DNA of 32,000 nt from an uncultured Pelagimonas sp. (GCF_947498515.1 NZ_CANMKO010000010.1:130137-162136), one strand, 5' to 3'; shown: positions 1 through 9,824, counted from the first letter of the stretch. Notes: generated from the letters alone by a model not told the origin. Made by a program: numbers and translations.

Positions 1-54
1 ATTTGCACAGCGCCGCCATGCCGCCGGGGTTAATCGCCCCGACAACGATCCGGA

Positions 55-1251
55 TTAGCCGACCTCGGCACTGATCTGACACGCGGCGGCCGTGACGCCG
101 CCGGATTGGTGTGGAATGTCCAAGGCATGTAGCCCGGCTTCGACACTGCCCAGCATACCCAACACCATTGTGGCATTTAGATGCCCCATATGACCAAAGC
201 GAAACACACCCGACGCGGTTGGATCATTCTTATCGCCCATGCCAAGCCCGATCCCAAGGGTCACGCCCGCATTGGCGCTACACCATTCGCGCAATCGGTC
301 CCCGTCTGGCGGGCTGATCCGAACGGCCGTCACTGCACAGGACCGATGCGCCGGATTGGCGACATTCAACACCATCGGTGCGCCCCAATGATCAACGGCG
401 GCCCAGATCGCGCGCGCCAAGGAGCGATGCCGCGCCCAGACACCTTCGATGGTTTCGGCGCGGATCATGTCCAAAGCCACACGCAGGGCCCAAAGGTGGT
501 GGGTTGGTGCAGTGCCGCCAAAATACTGATAGAAGATTTCCGGCTCGACCCGTGGGGCCCAATCCCAATAGCCCGACACACGTGGCATAGCGGCCCGAAC
601 CGCCGCGGCGCGCTCATTGAACCAGACAAAGCCAAGGCCGGGCGGCACCATCAGGCCCTTTTGGCTGGCCGATACCAAAACATCGACGCCCCAGGCATCC
701 ATACGCATTTCTTCGCATCCCAGTGACGCCACACAATCCGCCATCAACAAGGCCGGATGCCCGACCTCGTCCAATACTTTGCGCAGGGCGGCAATGTCGC
801 TCCGCACCGAGGTTGAGGTATCGGTATGCACCGCCAAAACGGCTTTGATCTTTTGCCCGCCGTCCGCCAACAAGGCTTGGCGCACCCGATCTGGATCAAT
901 CGGCGTGGTGCGGCCGTGTTCCAAAACCTCAACCTCGGCCCCAATGCTGCGGGCCATTTCAGCCCAGCCATGGCCAAAAATCCCGGTGGTCGGCACCAGA
1001 ACCGTCTCGCCGGGCGCAATGCAATTGCTCAGCGCCGCCTCCCAAGCCCCATGACCATTGGCAATATAGATCGCCGCATGGCCGTCTGTTTGCGCCACAT
1101 ATCGCAAGTCCCGGATCAACCCTTGGGTCAGCTCGTTCAACTCGGGTGCATAAATATCAGGCGCAGGACGTTGCATGGCCTGCAACACAGCATCCGGCAT
1201 AACAGAGGGGCCCGGCAGGGCCATATGAAGGCGCCCATTGGCGAGTGACAT
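55..1251 (-). CDS. Class V (AGXT/SGAT-like) PLP-dependent aminotransferase
   Basis: ORF 55..1479. It has class V aminotransferase-like sequence throughout, with the PLP-lysine motif SASQKG. Start trimmed to the ATG at 1251 (MSLANGRL...), which has AGGAGA 7 nt upstream. The 76-codon upstream extension is R/S/C-rich and not protein-like. Confidence 0.85.
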   Translation of the reverse strand: MSLANGRLHMALPGPSVMPDAVLQAMQRPAPDIYAPELNELTQGLIRDLRYVAQTDGHAAIYIANGHGAWEAALSNCIAPGETVLVPTTGIFGHGWAEMARSIGAEVEVLEHGRTTPIDPDRVRQALLADGGQKIKAVLAVHTDTSTSVRSDIAALRKVLDEVGHPALLMADCVASLGCEEMRMDAWGVDVLVSASQKGLMVPPGLGFVWFNERAAAVRAAMPRVSGYWDWAPRVEPEIFYQYFGGTAPTHHLWALRVALDMIRAETIEGVWARHRSLARAIWAAVDHWGAPMVLNVANPAHRSCAVTAVRISPPDGDRLREWCSANAGVTLGIGLGMGDKNDPTASGVFRFGHMGHLNATMVLGMLGSVEAGLHALDIPHQSGGVTAAACQISAEVG

Positions 1252-1405
1252 TTGATATTCTCCTGAAAATCCCCAGTTACAGGTTAAGTGATCCGGGGTG
1301 ATTTGACGCCAGAGTATCGCGGCGAACCGCATGGTCAATAGCGCGCATGCTTGCCAGCCGCCGCCAGACCCCTTAAACCGCGCCCTTGAACCAAAAGGAC
1401 ATCGC

Positions 1406-2116
1406 ATGCTGGCGAAACTCTGGACCAAACTTGACGATGCCGAACGCCGCTTGCGCCGTTCCTTTGGCAAAGACATCACAGATTCGTCTGCACGCCGGTG
1501 GTCCCGGCTCCACTATCATGTGTTTGATCACGCGTTTTTGCGGGTCTTCTGGACCAACTTTTACCAGATCGCGCCGAATGTCTGGCGCTCGAACCAACCG
1601 ACCCATGCCCGGTTCAAGAAATATGCCGGAATGGGGATCAAAACCGTGATCAACCTGCGTGGCGAAGACAAGTTTTCGTACTATCTTTTTGAAAAAGAAA
1701 GCTGCGATGAGCTTGGGCTGACGTTGGTGAATGCCAAACTATGGGCCCGCGAAGCCGCGCCGCGCCGCCGTATCATAGCGGTGATTGATGCCCTGCGCGC
1801 CGCCGAACGCCCGATGATGTTTCACTGCAAATCGGGTGCGGATCGCGCTGGGTTTGTTTCGGCGTTGTATGTGTTGATCTTTGAAGGCGCGTCTATCGAA
1901 GACGCCAAGAAGCAGCTTAGCCTAAAATACATCCACCTCGATTTCACCAAGACAGGCGTTCAGGATTACATCTTGCGTATCTTTGAAGCCCGCCAAGAGA
2001 TTGGCCCCATTGGGTTTGAGGATTGGATCCGCACCGAATATGACGCCAAACCCATTCAACGCGCTTGGGACGCCCGGCGCACCGAAGCCGACATTGCCGC
2101 CGAGCTTATGGTATGA
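1406..2116 (+). CDS. Protein tyrosine/dual-specificity phosphatase family protein
   Basis: CX5R active-site loop HCKSGADRAG. ATG at 1406 (MLAKLW...) is preceded by AAGGA; the longer ORF start at 1331 is possible. The stop overlaps the next gene start (ATGA at 2113-2116). Confidence 0.7.
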   Translation: MLAKLWTKLDDAERRLRRSFGKDITDSSARRWSRLHYHVFDHAFLRVFWTNFYQIAPNVWRSNQPTHARFKKYAGMGIKTVINLRGEDKFSYYLFEKESCDELGLTLVNAKLWAREAAPRRRIIAVIDALRAAERPMMFHCKSGADRAGFVSALYVLIFEGASIEDAKKQLSLKYIHLDFTKTGVQDYILRIFEARQEIGPIGFEDWIRTEYDAKPIQRAWDARRTEADIAAELMV

Positions 2117-3861
2117 GCGAAGACGAGCACACATCGTCTTGGGTTTTGTTCAAATGGCTGTGGCACGGCTATCTGCGCCGCTATGTGTGGTTTCTCGCCG
2201 TTGCCTTGTTTTTCATGATGCTCGAAGGCGGGCTAACGGCCAGTTTCAGCGTCATGATGCAGCCGCTGTTTGATGATGTGTTCCTTGGTGCCAAACAAGA
2301 AGCGCTGCTTTGGGTCGGTCTGGCTGTGCTTGGGATATTTGTGGCACGCGGCTTGGTTAGCCTTGCGCATAAGGTCATTTTGACCTGGGCGTCACAACAA
2401 TCCATGGCCGATATTCGCAGTGACATGCTTGCCCATCTGATGACGCTGGACGTGGATTTTCATAGCCTTCATGGCCCCGGTCAGCTTATCCAACGCGTCG
2501 AAGGTGATGTTGGTGCAATTGCCAAAGTCTGGAAAACGCTGGTCACCGGCGCGGGTCGCGATGCGGTGACATTTGTTGCGCTCTTGGCTGTGGCCTTTTG
2601 GACCGATTGGGTCTGGACCCTTGTCGCCCTAGTTGGCGTGCCGTTGATGATCGGGCCAACCGCATTTTTGCAGCGCTTTGTGCGCAAAAATTCGCGCCGT
2701 GTTCGTCAGATTGCAGCAGATCAATCCACCCGCCTGAACGAAGTCTTTCACGGTATTTTGCCGGTCAAATTGAACCAGCTTGAAAAACACCAGTCCAAAA
2801 ACTTTACCAAGCTTCAGCATCAACGCGTCAAAACCGAAGTGCGCGCCGCCGCGGGTCAGGCCTCCTTGCCGACCCTAATCGATGTGATGTCAGGGCTTGG
2901 GTTCTTTGGCATTCTTTATATGGCCGGGAACGAAATCCTTGCCGGTGAAAAGACGGTCGGCGAGTTCATGACCTTTTTCACCGCCATTGGCATGATGTTT
3001 GAACCCCTGCGCCGGTTGGGTGCCGTGAGTGGGGCTTGGCAAATGGCCGCCGCCGGGATCGAACGCGTCAAGGCGATGCTTGAAACGCCCTCCAACCTTT
3101 TGGACCCCGCGCACCCCACCCCCGCCCCGATGGGCACCCCCGGCATTGTCATGCACGACGTGGCACTCAATTACGGCGATGCGAAAATCTTGCGCGGTCT
3201 AAGCTTTGACGCCGAGGCCGGGAAAACAACGGCTTTGGTTGGAGCCTCTGGGGCCGGTAAATCAACCGTGTTCAACCTGTTGACCCGTTTGGTCGATCCG
3301 GCCTCTGGTGAGGTTCTCATCGGCGGAATTGCCCCGTCGAAGATGACGTCACATGACCTGCGCGGAATGATTTCGGTCGTTAGCCAAGACGCCATGTTGT
3401 TCGATGAAACACTACGCGAAAACATCGTTCTTGATCGCGAGGTGAGTGAAGAAAACCTTCAAGCAGCGCTTGAAGCGGCCTTTATCACCGATTTCCTGCC
3501 CCGCCTCGAAAACGGGTTGGACACCGCCGTTGGACCACGTGGCTCGAACCTATCGGGTGGGCAACGCCAACGGGTCGCCATTGCTCGCGCGCTCTTGCGC
3601 GACACGCCGATCTTGTTGCTTGATGAGGCCACCAGCGCGCTTGATGTGCAGTCCGAAGCCAAGGTCCAAGCCGCGCTTGATAGGCTGGCAATCGGGCGGA
3701 CAACGCTTGTCATTGCCCACCGCCTGTCAACCGTGCGTAACGCCGACAAGATTGTGGTGATGGATCAGGGGCGCGTTGTCGAAGAAGGCACACACGAAGC
3801 ATTGATGGGCAAAGGCGGAGCCTATGCCGAGTTGTGCCGCCTGCAATTCGACCGTACGTAA
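2113..3861 (+). CDS. ABC transporter, fused permease/ATP-binding protein (MsbA-like exporter)
   Basis: N-terminal six-TM-type hydrophobic half. Walker A GASGAGKST, signature LSGGQRQR, Walker B ILLLDEATSALD, H-loop IAHR. Start set at the ATG at 2113 (MSEDEH...), overlapping the upstream stop. Confidence 0.88.
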   Translation: MSEDEHTSSWVLFKWLWHGYLRRYVWFLAVALFFMMLEGGLTASFSVMMQPLFDDVFLGAKQEALLWVGLAVLGIFVARGLVSLAHKVILTWASQQSMADIRSDMLAHLMTLDVDFHSLHGPGQLIQRVEGDVGAIAKVWKTLVTGAGRDAVTFVALLAVAFWTDWVWTLVALVGVPLMIGPTAFLQRFVRKNSRRVRQIAADQSTRLNEVFHGILPVKLNQLEKHQSKNFTKLQHQRVKTEVRAAAGQASLPTLIDVMSGLGFFGILYMAGNEILAGEKTVGEFMTFFTAIGMMFEPLRRLGAVSGAWQMAAAGIERVKAMLETPSNLLDPAHPTPAPMGTPGIVMHDVALNYGDAKILRGLSFDAEAGKTTALVGASGAGKSTVFNLLTRLVDPASGEVLIGGIAPSKMTSHDLRGMISVVSQDAMLFDETLRENIVLDREVSEENLQAALEAAFITDFLPRLENGLDTAVGPRGSNLSGGQRQRVAIARALLRDTPILLLDEATSALDVQSEAKVQAALDRLAIGRTTLVIAHRLSTVRNADKIVVMDQGRVVEEGTHEALMGKGGAYAELCRLQFDRT

Positions 3862-3862
3862 T

Positions 3863-4540
3863 CTAGCGCCGGTAGGCTTGGGCAAGCGTCTCGGAATCGG
3901 TTCCTGACAAATGCCGTGCTAGGGTGATCAAATTGCGTGAACCGCGTTTGATCCAGCCTTGATTTTGGTATTTTTTCGCAGAGGTGACCGCTTGGATCGG
4001 CAGCTCAGCAAGCTTTCCGCGCAAAGCCCGCACCATTTCGACGTCTTCCATCAACGGCATAGCCCGAAATCCACCGACACCGTCATAAGTTTCGCGATCA
4101 ATCAACAGACCCTGATCGCCATAGGGCAGCCCAAAGCGGCGTGACCGAAAATTGGCCCACGCCGCGACAAAACGCGGGGCAAACCCCGTTGCATCAAACC
4201 GCAACTGGGCGTGATACCCGCCGGGTTTTGTCAGGGAATGTGATACCGGTCCGCTCCAGCCTTCGGACAAGACCGTGTCCGCATGTAAGAAGAACAACCA
4301 CTCGCCTTGCGCGGCATCTGCGCCTCGCTTTAACTGCTCGCCACGCGAGGCAGGTCCTTTGACAACCACACCTCCGGCGGCCTCGGCAATCTTGATCGTT
4401 GCATCAGATGACCCACCATCAGACACCAACAATTCGCGGATCAACCCGGCCTGCAACCCCTCGCCCAAGGCCGCCAAACAGAGCGGCAAGGCATCGGCTG
4501 CGTTCAGAGTTGGGATGATGACAGAGATCGGAGCGCGCAT
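3863..4540 (-). CDS. Family 2 glycosyltransferase
   Basis: GT2 N-terminal signature ISVIIPTLNAADAL...VSDGGSSD and a DxD-like HAD region. Start at the ATG at 4540 (MRAPISVIIP) is typical for this family; the alternative ATG at 4579 adds 13 aa. Confidence 0.72.
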   Translation of the reverse strand: MRAPISVIIPTLNAADALPLCLAALGEGLQAGLIRELLVSDGGSSDATIKIAEAAGGVVVKGPASRGEQLKRGADAAQGEWLFFLHADTVLSEGWSGPVSHSLTKPGGYHAQLRFDATGFAPRFVAAWANFRSRRFGLPYGDQGLLIDRETYDGVGGFRAMPLMEDVEMVRALRGKLAELPIQAVTSAKKYQNQGWIKRGSRNLITLARHLSGTDSETLAQAYRR

Positions 4541-4601
4541 GGGGCCTGTTCGTTTGGGGTTTCTCGGCCTATATGGCAATCACGAACAGAAGGAAACGGT
4601 G

Positions 4602-5339
4602 ATGAGCAACAAGACACGCAAAGTGCTGCGGCTGAGCGGCAGTGACGTGACGCATTTTTTGCAAGGCTTGGTCACAAACGATGTGGACCGTCTCGCAGAT
4701 GGGATCGTCTATACAGCGCTTTTGACGCCACAGGGTAAATACCGCGCCGATTTCTTTTTGGTACCGGACGGCGACGATGTTCTGATTGACGTGCAGGAGG
4801 ATCTGGCCGCCGCCCTCGCGCAGGTGCTTGGCATGTATAAGCTGCGCTCGGATGTGATCATTGCAGAGACCGACATAACCGTGACCCGTGGTGTTGGCGA
4901 GACGCCAGAGAGGGCTTTTGCCGATCCGCGCCATGCCTCCTTGGGTTGGCGTGGTTATCATGGGCAACCGGATCAGGATGTGGATTGGGACGCCCTGCGC
5001 GTCGCGGCTTGTGTTCCGCAAACCGGAGTTGAGCTTACACCCGACACTTTCATCCTGGAGGCGGGTTTTGAGCGTTTGAACGGCGTTGATTACAAAAAGG
5101 GCTGTTATGTTGGGCAAGAGGTAACCGCCCGCATGAAGCACAAGACCGAATTGCGCAAAGGCTTGGCAACGGTCGGTATTTCGGGAAGCGCCCCGGTCGG
5201 GACCGAGATCAAAGCCGGCGACAAAACCGCCGGCACCTTATTCACGCAATCGGGCAGTCAGGCCATCGCCTATCTCCGATTTGACCGCGCGACCGGTGAT
5301 ATGAGCGCAGAGACCGCAACGGTAACCTACAGCGGCTAA
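4602..5339 (+). CDS. ygfZ: YgfZ/CAF17-type folate-binding protein (GcvT-like fold)
   Basis: Conserved C-terminal motif KGCYVGQEVTARMKHK. ATG at 4602 is preceded by AGAAGGAA. The upstream 109 codons of ORF 4275..5339 are antisense to the GT2 gene and P/S/A-rich. Confidence 0.8.
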   Translation: MSNKTRKVLRLSGSDVTHFLQGLVTNDVDRLADGIVYTALLTPQGKYRADFFLVPDGDDVLIDVQEDLAAALAQVLGMYKLRSDVIIAETDITVTRGVGETPERAFADPRHASLGWRGYHGQPDQDVDWDALRVAACVPQTGVELTPDTFILEAGFERLNGVDYKKGCYVGQEVTARMKHKTELRKGLATVGISGSAPVGTEIKAGDKTAGTLFTQSGSQAIAYLRFDRATGDMSAETATVTYSG

Positions 5340-5363
5340 ACTACGGTTTCTGTGGCCTGTCGA

Positions 5364-5822
5364 TCAAAGGGTTTTGCGCAAAACCAAATACTGATCGACG
5401 GCCCCAACCGCATGATAAAACGGTTTTGCACCTTGGTTTGTGGCGTCCTGTGTCACCACCCAATTGGTAATCCCTTGCGCCCGCATCTCCGTTTCCATCG
5501 CGTCAACCAAACGATGGCCTAACCTTTGGCCACGATGGGTTGGGGCAATGTAGAGGTGGTCAGTTTTCATCCGGCGACCACCCCACCTAAGGCCGTCGGT
5601 TTGGATATCCTCTGGCAGTGCAAGAAGATAGGCGACCAAGCCCCAGCCCGCATCAATCGCATAGGTGATGGCCCCACGGTCCGCGAGTGTTTGCAGATGG
5701 GATAGATAGTCGGCGTCGCTCCCTTCGGCATGGTATTTGAACGGCGACAGGCACACGTGGAAATTGTGTAATGCCCGAAACAGGGGCAGCACATTGTGCA
5801 AGGGTGGATTTACAACAAGCAT
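5364..5822 (-). CDS. GNAT family N-acetyltransferase
   Basis: Acetyl-CoA binding motif A-like HRGQRLGHRLV followed by the PFYHAVGA region. ATG at 5822 has AGGAGG 8 nt upstream; the ORF-track start at 5825 is a TTG. Confidence 0.65.
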   Translation of the reverse strand: MLVVNPPLHNVLPLFRALHNFHVCLSPFKYHAEGSDADYLSHLQTLADRGAITYAIDAGWGLVAYLLALPEDIQTDGLRWGGRRMKTDHLYIAPTHRGQRLGHRLVDAMETEMRAQGITNWVVTQDATNQGAKPFYHAVGAVDQYLVLRKTL

Positions 5823-5858
5823 CAAAAAAGCCTCCTAAGCTTGCGCCGGAGGCTTTTA
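5823..5858 (-). terminator. Rho-independent terminator downstream of efp
   Basis: Minus-strand hairpin AAGCCTCC-(12 nt loop)-GGAGGCTT followed by TTTTTTG. The 3' arm contains the GNAT gene's AGGAGG. Confidence 0.65.
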
Positions 5859-5910
5859 AGTCAATTCTACACCCCCGGCTGTTCGGGGGATATGCGCGCG
5901 GGCCCCGAGG

Positions 5911-6474
5911 TCAGGCGCGCTCGGAATATTCCATGGTCTCGGTGTTGACGACAATAGCCTCGCCCTGGCCCACAAACGGTGGCACAGAGACACGCACGCC
6001 ATTGTCCAGCAGCGCTGGCTTAAAGCTATTCGCCGCCGTTTGGCCTTTGACGACCGGCTCGGTCTCTTCGATCACACAGGTGACTTTCTGAGGCACAGTC
6101 GCGCTTAGCGCTTCTTCCTCGTGGAACTCCACAACAATGGTCATGCCGTCCTGCAGAAACGGGCGACGCTCGCCTAGAATGGCGGCTGCGATCTGAACTT
6201 GATCGTAGGTTTCAGTGTCCATAAAGATCAGCTGACCGTCGTCTTCGTACAGGAACTGCATGTCCTTTTGCTCAAGGCGAACTTTCTCCACCTTGTCGGC
6301 GCTGCGAAAGCGTTCGTTAAGTTTGGACCCATTGCGCAGGTTGCGCAGCTCGACCTGAGCAAAGGCACCACCCTTGCCGGGTTTGACGTGGTCGACCTTC
6401 ACGGCGGCCCAAAGGGCGTTGTTGTGCTCGAGCACGTTTCCGGGGCGGATCTCGTTTCCGTTGATCTTTGGCAT
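5911..6474 (-). CDS. efp: Elongation factor P
   Basis: [17 protein letters not shown]...[17 protein letters not shown] is classic EF-P. It is 187 aa from the ATG at 6474; the 14 upstream codons of the ORF are not conserved-looking. Confidence 0.95.
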   Translation of the reverse strand: MPKINGNEIRPGNVLEHNNALWAAVKVDHVKPGKGGAFAQVELRNLRNGSKLNERFRSADKVEKVRLEQKDMQFLYEDDGQLIFMDTETYDQVQIAAAILGERRPFLQDGMTIVVEFHEEEALSATVPQKVTCVIEETEPVVKGQTAANSFKPALLDNGVRVSVPPFVGQGEAIVVNTETMEYSERA

Positions 6475-6690
6475 GTGACAAAACCTTGACAAAAGGTTGA
6501 AGGAAAGTTGACGCACCCTATATCTGGCAGGTCACCGCAAAGCAAGGCAACGATATGTCGTAGTCAACACGTTTAAGCTATGCGTTAACGGAATGGGTGC
6601 TATGCATTTGCGGGGTATCCGAATCGGTTTGAATAGGTCATAACCGCCCTCACGCCGAAAAAGACAAGAGCAATAATTATAGGTCGAGAT

Positions 6691-7011
6691 ATGAGAGATT
6701 TCGTTGACGGCACCGCCTTTAATGCAGAGCAGGGAAACCGTGCTCGCAAGCTGTTCGCAGCGGTGGTGCTTGCTGCCCTAGACGACGCAATCGCTGACGA
6801 CAAGAAATACGGCAATGGTCCGGAACAAATCGCCCGTTGGGCACGCTCGCGCGATGGTCGCGAAGTGCTGTCTTGCGCGGGTATTGATCCGAACGAACGT
6901 GTTGTTTCTGGTTTGATGGATTTTGTTTCCAAAGGTGTCCGCACCTCTGTTGCGCTTTCGCGTGAAGAGAGCGAACGCCGCAATGCAGCACAACAGGCTG
7001 AAGCCGCATAA
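6691..7011 (+). CDS. Hypothetical protein (106 aa)
   Basis: ATG start, protein-like composition, immediately followed by a strong terminator. No family recognised. Overlapping minus-strand ORFs 6600..6983, 6719..7009 and 6778..6993 look like shadows. Confidence 0.5.
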   Translation: MRDFVDGTAFNAEQGNRARKLFAAVVLAALDDAIADDKKYGNGPEQIARWARSRDGREVLSCAGIDPNERVVSGLMDFVSKGVRTSVALSREESERRNAAQQAEAA

Positions 7012-7029
7012 ACGCGGATCAGACTGATG

Positions 7030-7062
7030 AAAAAAACGCGCCCTTTTGGGGCGCGTTTTTTG
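7030..7062. terminator. Bidirectional rho-independent terminator between convergent genes
   Basis: AAAAAAA-CGCGCCC-TTTTG-GGGCGCG-TTTTTT: a 7-bp GC stem flanked by an A-run and a T-run. Confidence 0.8.
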
Positions 7063-7115
7063 TTTATGGGTTCGATCTCCCTCAGAAAACCTTAAAGGGG
7101 GTTGCCCCCTAGAAC

Positions 7116-8300
7116 TTAGTCGAAATCCTGGCTCATCAGAACACGATGAATTTCACGACGTACAAGTTTGCGTACATTGCGGGTAATTCGTTCGCCCAAG
7201 GCACCTTGCAATTCTTGGCGCACAATTTCCGATACCATACCGCGCAATGTTTCTTCGTCGATCGTCAGCGCATCACTGGCACTTGTGCCAATATCGGTAT
7301 CACCTGTCCCGGCCGTTTCGCTTGCAGGTTGATCATCGGCATCAGGCAAGTCGCCCATTTCATCCGCCCCCTCGGGCGTCTCGGGCAAATGATCCTGCCA
7401 TTCCAATACATCCGAGGACCGCTGAAAGACCGGCGCGTCAGGCTCAGATTGTTCGGGCTCCCACTCTTCTTCGTGGCTCCGTCCAACCAATTCTTCCAAA
7501 GCCGCAATTTTGCTTTCAAGGCTCTCTTCGGCAACCGGCTCAATCTCTGCCTTTTCCTCAACCAGCGCGGCGACAGCCTCATCTTCCTCAGTGAGTACAT
7601 CAGACACAACGTCTAACACATCGTCTTCCGGCTCGGCTTTGTCCGCTTCGAGGGTTTCAGTTACGTCATCCGCAACATCACTGTCGAAATCTACTTCGCT
7701 TAGCGCTTGCTCGACTTCTTCCTCGACAAGTTGGCTTAGCAAATTCGACGTTAGCTCTTCGACGGCATCGGTGTCAGTGTGATCTTGATCGGAGACATCC
7801 GTCGGCTCAGGTTCATCAAGATCAGCCTCGTGGACCAACGCCACGTCATCATCGGCATTCGGCGAAGACGAAACCTGATCTTCGGGCTCTTCTAAAATCT
7901 CGGTATCGACAGCCTCGATCACATCAGCGGCGTGCTCAAAAGACACATCTTCGATGTCATTTTGAGAAAAATCGTTGGTGGTTTCTAAGCCCTGCTGTTC
8001 CGGCGTGGCCTCTTCAACCAAGGGTGCCAAATCTGTCAACAGAATCGGAGCACCGTCCTCCCCCTGCGATTCGGAGGGTTCGCACACCTCGGGAACAGGG
8101 CCGGTTGCTTCGACCACAGACACGATTGGCGCGTCATCGGCGTCATCACTGCTGACCCGCAAAGCAGGCGTCAAAACCAACCTGTCAGGCTGTTTTACAG
8201 CAGTCGGCCGCGGTTTCACAACGCGCGCGTCGTCGGAAACAAGCCGACGAATAGAGGATAGAACATCCTCGATTTCAACATTCGTTACAGGGTCGGTCAT
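7116..8300 (-). CDS. Highly acidic PopZ/DUF2497-like protein
   Basis: N-terminal VEIEDVLSSIRRLVSDD resembles the PopZ N-terminus (MEEILASIRRIISED). A long D/E/P-rich linker follows. The conserved-type basic C-terminus is LRGMVSEIVRQELQGALGERITRNVRKLVRREIHRVL. Synteny with tolC and pcm is typical for alphaproteobacterial DUF2497 genes. Start set at the ATG at 8300 (MTDPVTN). Confidence 0.6.
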   Translation of the reverse strand: MTDPVTNVEIEDVLSSIRRLVSDDARVVKPRPTAVKQPDRLVLTPALRVSSDDADDAPIVSVVEATGPVPEVCEPSESQGEDGAPILLTDLAPLVEEATPEQQGLETTNDFSQNDIEDVSFEHAADVIEAVDTEILEEPEDQVSSSPNADDDVALVHEADLDEPEPTDVSDQDHTDTDAVEELTSNLLSQLVEEEVEQALSEVDFDSDVADDVTETLEADKAEPEDDVLDVVSDVLTEEDEAVAALVEEKAEIEPVAEESLESKIAALEELVGRSHEEEWEPEQSEPDAPVFQRSSDVLEWQDHLPETPEGADEMGDLPDADDQPASETAGTGDTDIGTSASDALTIDEETLRGMVSEIVRQELQGALGERITRNVRKLVRREIHRVLMSQDFD

Positions 8301-8372
8301 TCTTTGTACCACTCTTGCCTCAGGCCAGAGTGTAGCCCCGCCGCCTGATTCAGACAACAGATGCTGAAAAAG

Positions 8373-9800
8373 TTACTCTTTTCCCAGAGCACGCAGGACA
8401 CGGTCCAAATCACGGCCCTGCTTGCTAACAGCCGAGGGCGCATCTTTGACGAGGTTGTAGTAAGCCGCCGGGTCATATTTGGGAACGTTCAGCTGAAGCG
8501 CATCTGTCGTCAAAAGACCGATCGAGGCCAAAATCGAATAAGCCGCAATAGTTTCATCAACCTGCGCCGAAATCAGATTGGCACGAGCGTCAATCAAATC
8601 CTGTTCGGCATCCAACACGTCAAGCGTGGTTCGCGCCCCGAGCTTGGCTTCTTCACGCACACCTCGGAAAGCAACCGTTGCGGCACGCACCTGCGATTCA
8701 AAGGCCTCTCGGCTCGCATCTGCAACGGCACGCTGAACAAAGGCGTTCCCGACATTCTGCTGAACCGAGTGACGCACAACATGGAGGTTCCCTCGCGACG
8801 CATCACGATTGGCGCGTGCTTGACGCACAACGGAACGCAGCTTGCCACCCTGGTAAATAGCACCACCCGCGCTCAGCCCGATTGACCCACCATGCGTAAA
8901 TGACGGATTGTCGATATCTTCGGTGACGCCATACCGCCCCTCTAGGGAAACCGTTGGTTTCATCGATGCTTCGGCGATCTGAATAGCAATTTCGTTTGCT
9001 GCCACCTGATGCTGAACCGTAATCATGTCGGGATGGATACGCACGGCTTGTGCTTTTGCAGAATCCACCGACGACGGCAATTTCGGATCACGCTTGGGGC
9101 GGACCAGATTGCCCGGCTTGCGCCCTACGGCAGCGCGATATTCTTCCTCGGCGGAGACCAACTGACCACGTGCAGATGCCAAAGCAGATTCGCCCTGAGC
9201 AAGGCTCGCCTCAGCAAGAGCCACATCAGTTCGAGTAACCTCACCAACTTCAAATCGATCTTTGGCGGCGCGCACTTCTTGTTGGAAAACGCGCACACCA
9301 TTACGGCGCAACGACACGATTTCTTTGGCGCGCTCAACTTCCATAAACGCATTTACAGCACGAAGCAGCACTTGTTGTTCAATCGAAACCAGCCCAGCCC
9401 GCGTGGCCAAAACAGCCTCTTTGGCGGCTGAAATGCGCAGTCGATTGGCACCGCCGGCATAAAGCGTGATTTCGGCGATGAGGCTCATCCCGACTTCGTT
9501 GGTCGCCCCGCCGCTCGTAACATACGCATTGGCAAGGTTATTGAACGAACGTTGGTTGGCAAAGTCACGCGTGATGCCACCCGCCCAGGAAATAACGGGC
9601 CGCAGGTCTGCAATTGCCTGCGATACATCTTCGTCTGCTGCGCGCAACACAGCCCGATTTTGTTCGATCAATCCGCTGTGTTTATACGCTCCGATGAGCG
9701 CATCAGCCAAGCTTTCAGCCCAAGCAGGAGCAGTACCGGAAACTGATAAGGCGAGTGCCGCAGCACTCCCCACGAAAAACCGTCGAAACCCAAATGTCAT
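8373..9800 (-). CDS. tolC: TolC family outer-membrane channel protein
   Basis: Signal peptide MTFGFRRFFVGSAAALALSVSGTAPAWA. Two OEP-type repeats, with sequence typical of alphaproteobacterial TolC (LADALIGAYKHSGLIEQNRA...). Confidence 0.88.
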   Translation of the reverse strand: MTFGFRRFFVGSAAALALSVSGTAPAWAESLADALIGAYKHSGLIEQNRAVLRAADEDVSQAIADLRPVISWAGGITRDFANQRSFNNLANAYVTSGGATNEVGMSLIAEITLYAGGANRLRISAAKEAVLATRAGLVSIEQQVLLRAVNAFMEVERAKEIVSLRRNGVRVFQQEVRAAKDRFEVGEVTRTDVALAEASLAQGESALASARGQLVSAEEEYRAAVGRKPGNLVRPKRDPKLPSSVDSAKAQAVRIHPDMITVQHQVAANEIAIQIAEASMKPTVSLEGRYGVTEDIDNPSFTHGGSIGLSAGGAIYQGGKLRSVVRQARANRDASRGNLHVVRHSVQQNVGNAFVQRAVADASREAFESQVRAATVAFRGVREEAKLGARTTLDVLDAEQDLIDARANLISAQVDETIAAYSILASIGLLTTDALQLNVPKYDPAAYYNLVKDAPSAVSKQGRDLDRVLRALGKE

Positions 9801-9824
9801 CCTGCCCCCGTTTCCGCCCCAGTT

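Noticed and set aside
181-1248. Several plus-strand ORFs (181..726, 617..1054, 826..1248) opposite the aminotransferase gene
   Set aside because: They are antisense shadows with a low-complexity R/P/A-rich composition, whereas the minus-strand frame has clear family motifs.
1252-1479. N-terminal extensions offered by the ORF track (this one, and also 4275-4601, 6475-6516, 8301-8357, 21443-21658 and 30453-30581)
   Set aside because: The extensions overlap neighbouring genes or have unprotein-like composition. Internal ATGs with SD sequences and family-typical N-termini were preferred.
5872-5889. Second hairpin CCCCCG-N6-CGGGGG between efp and its terminator
   Set aside because: It is a short GC stem without a following T-tract on either strand, which is not enough to call a terminator or regulatory element.
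7146-8367. Plus-strand ORFs (7146..7616, 7247..7594, 7510..7782, 7975..8367) and a minus-strand alternate-frame ORF (7265..7609) over the acidic protein gene
   Set aside because: They are products of the repetitive GA/TC-rich low-complexity DNA encoding the D/E linker. They translate to S/T/R/L-rich runs and have no independent start signals.
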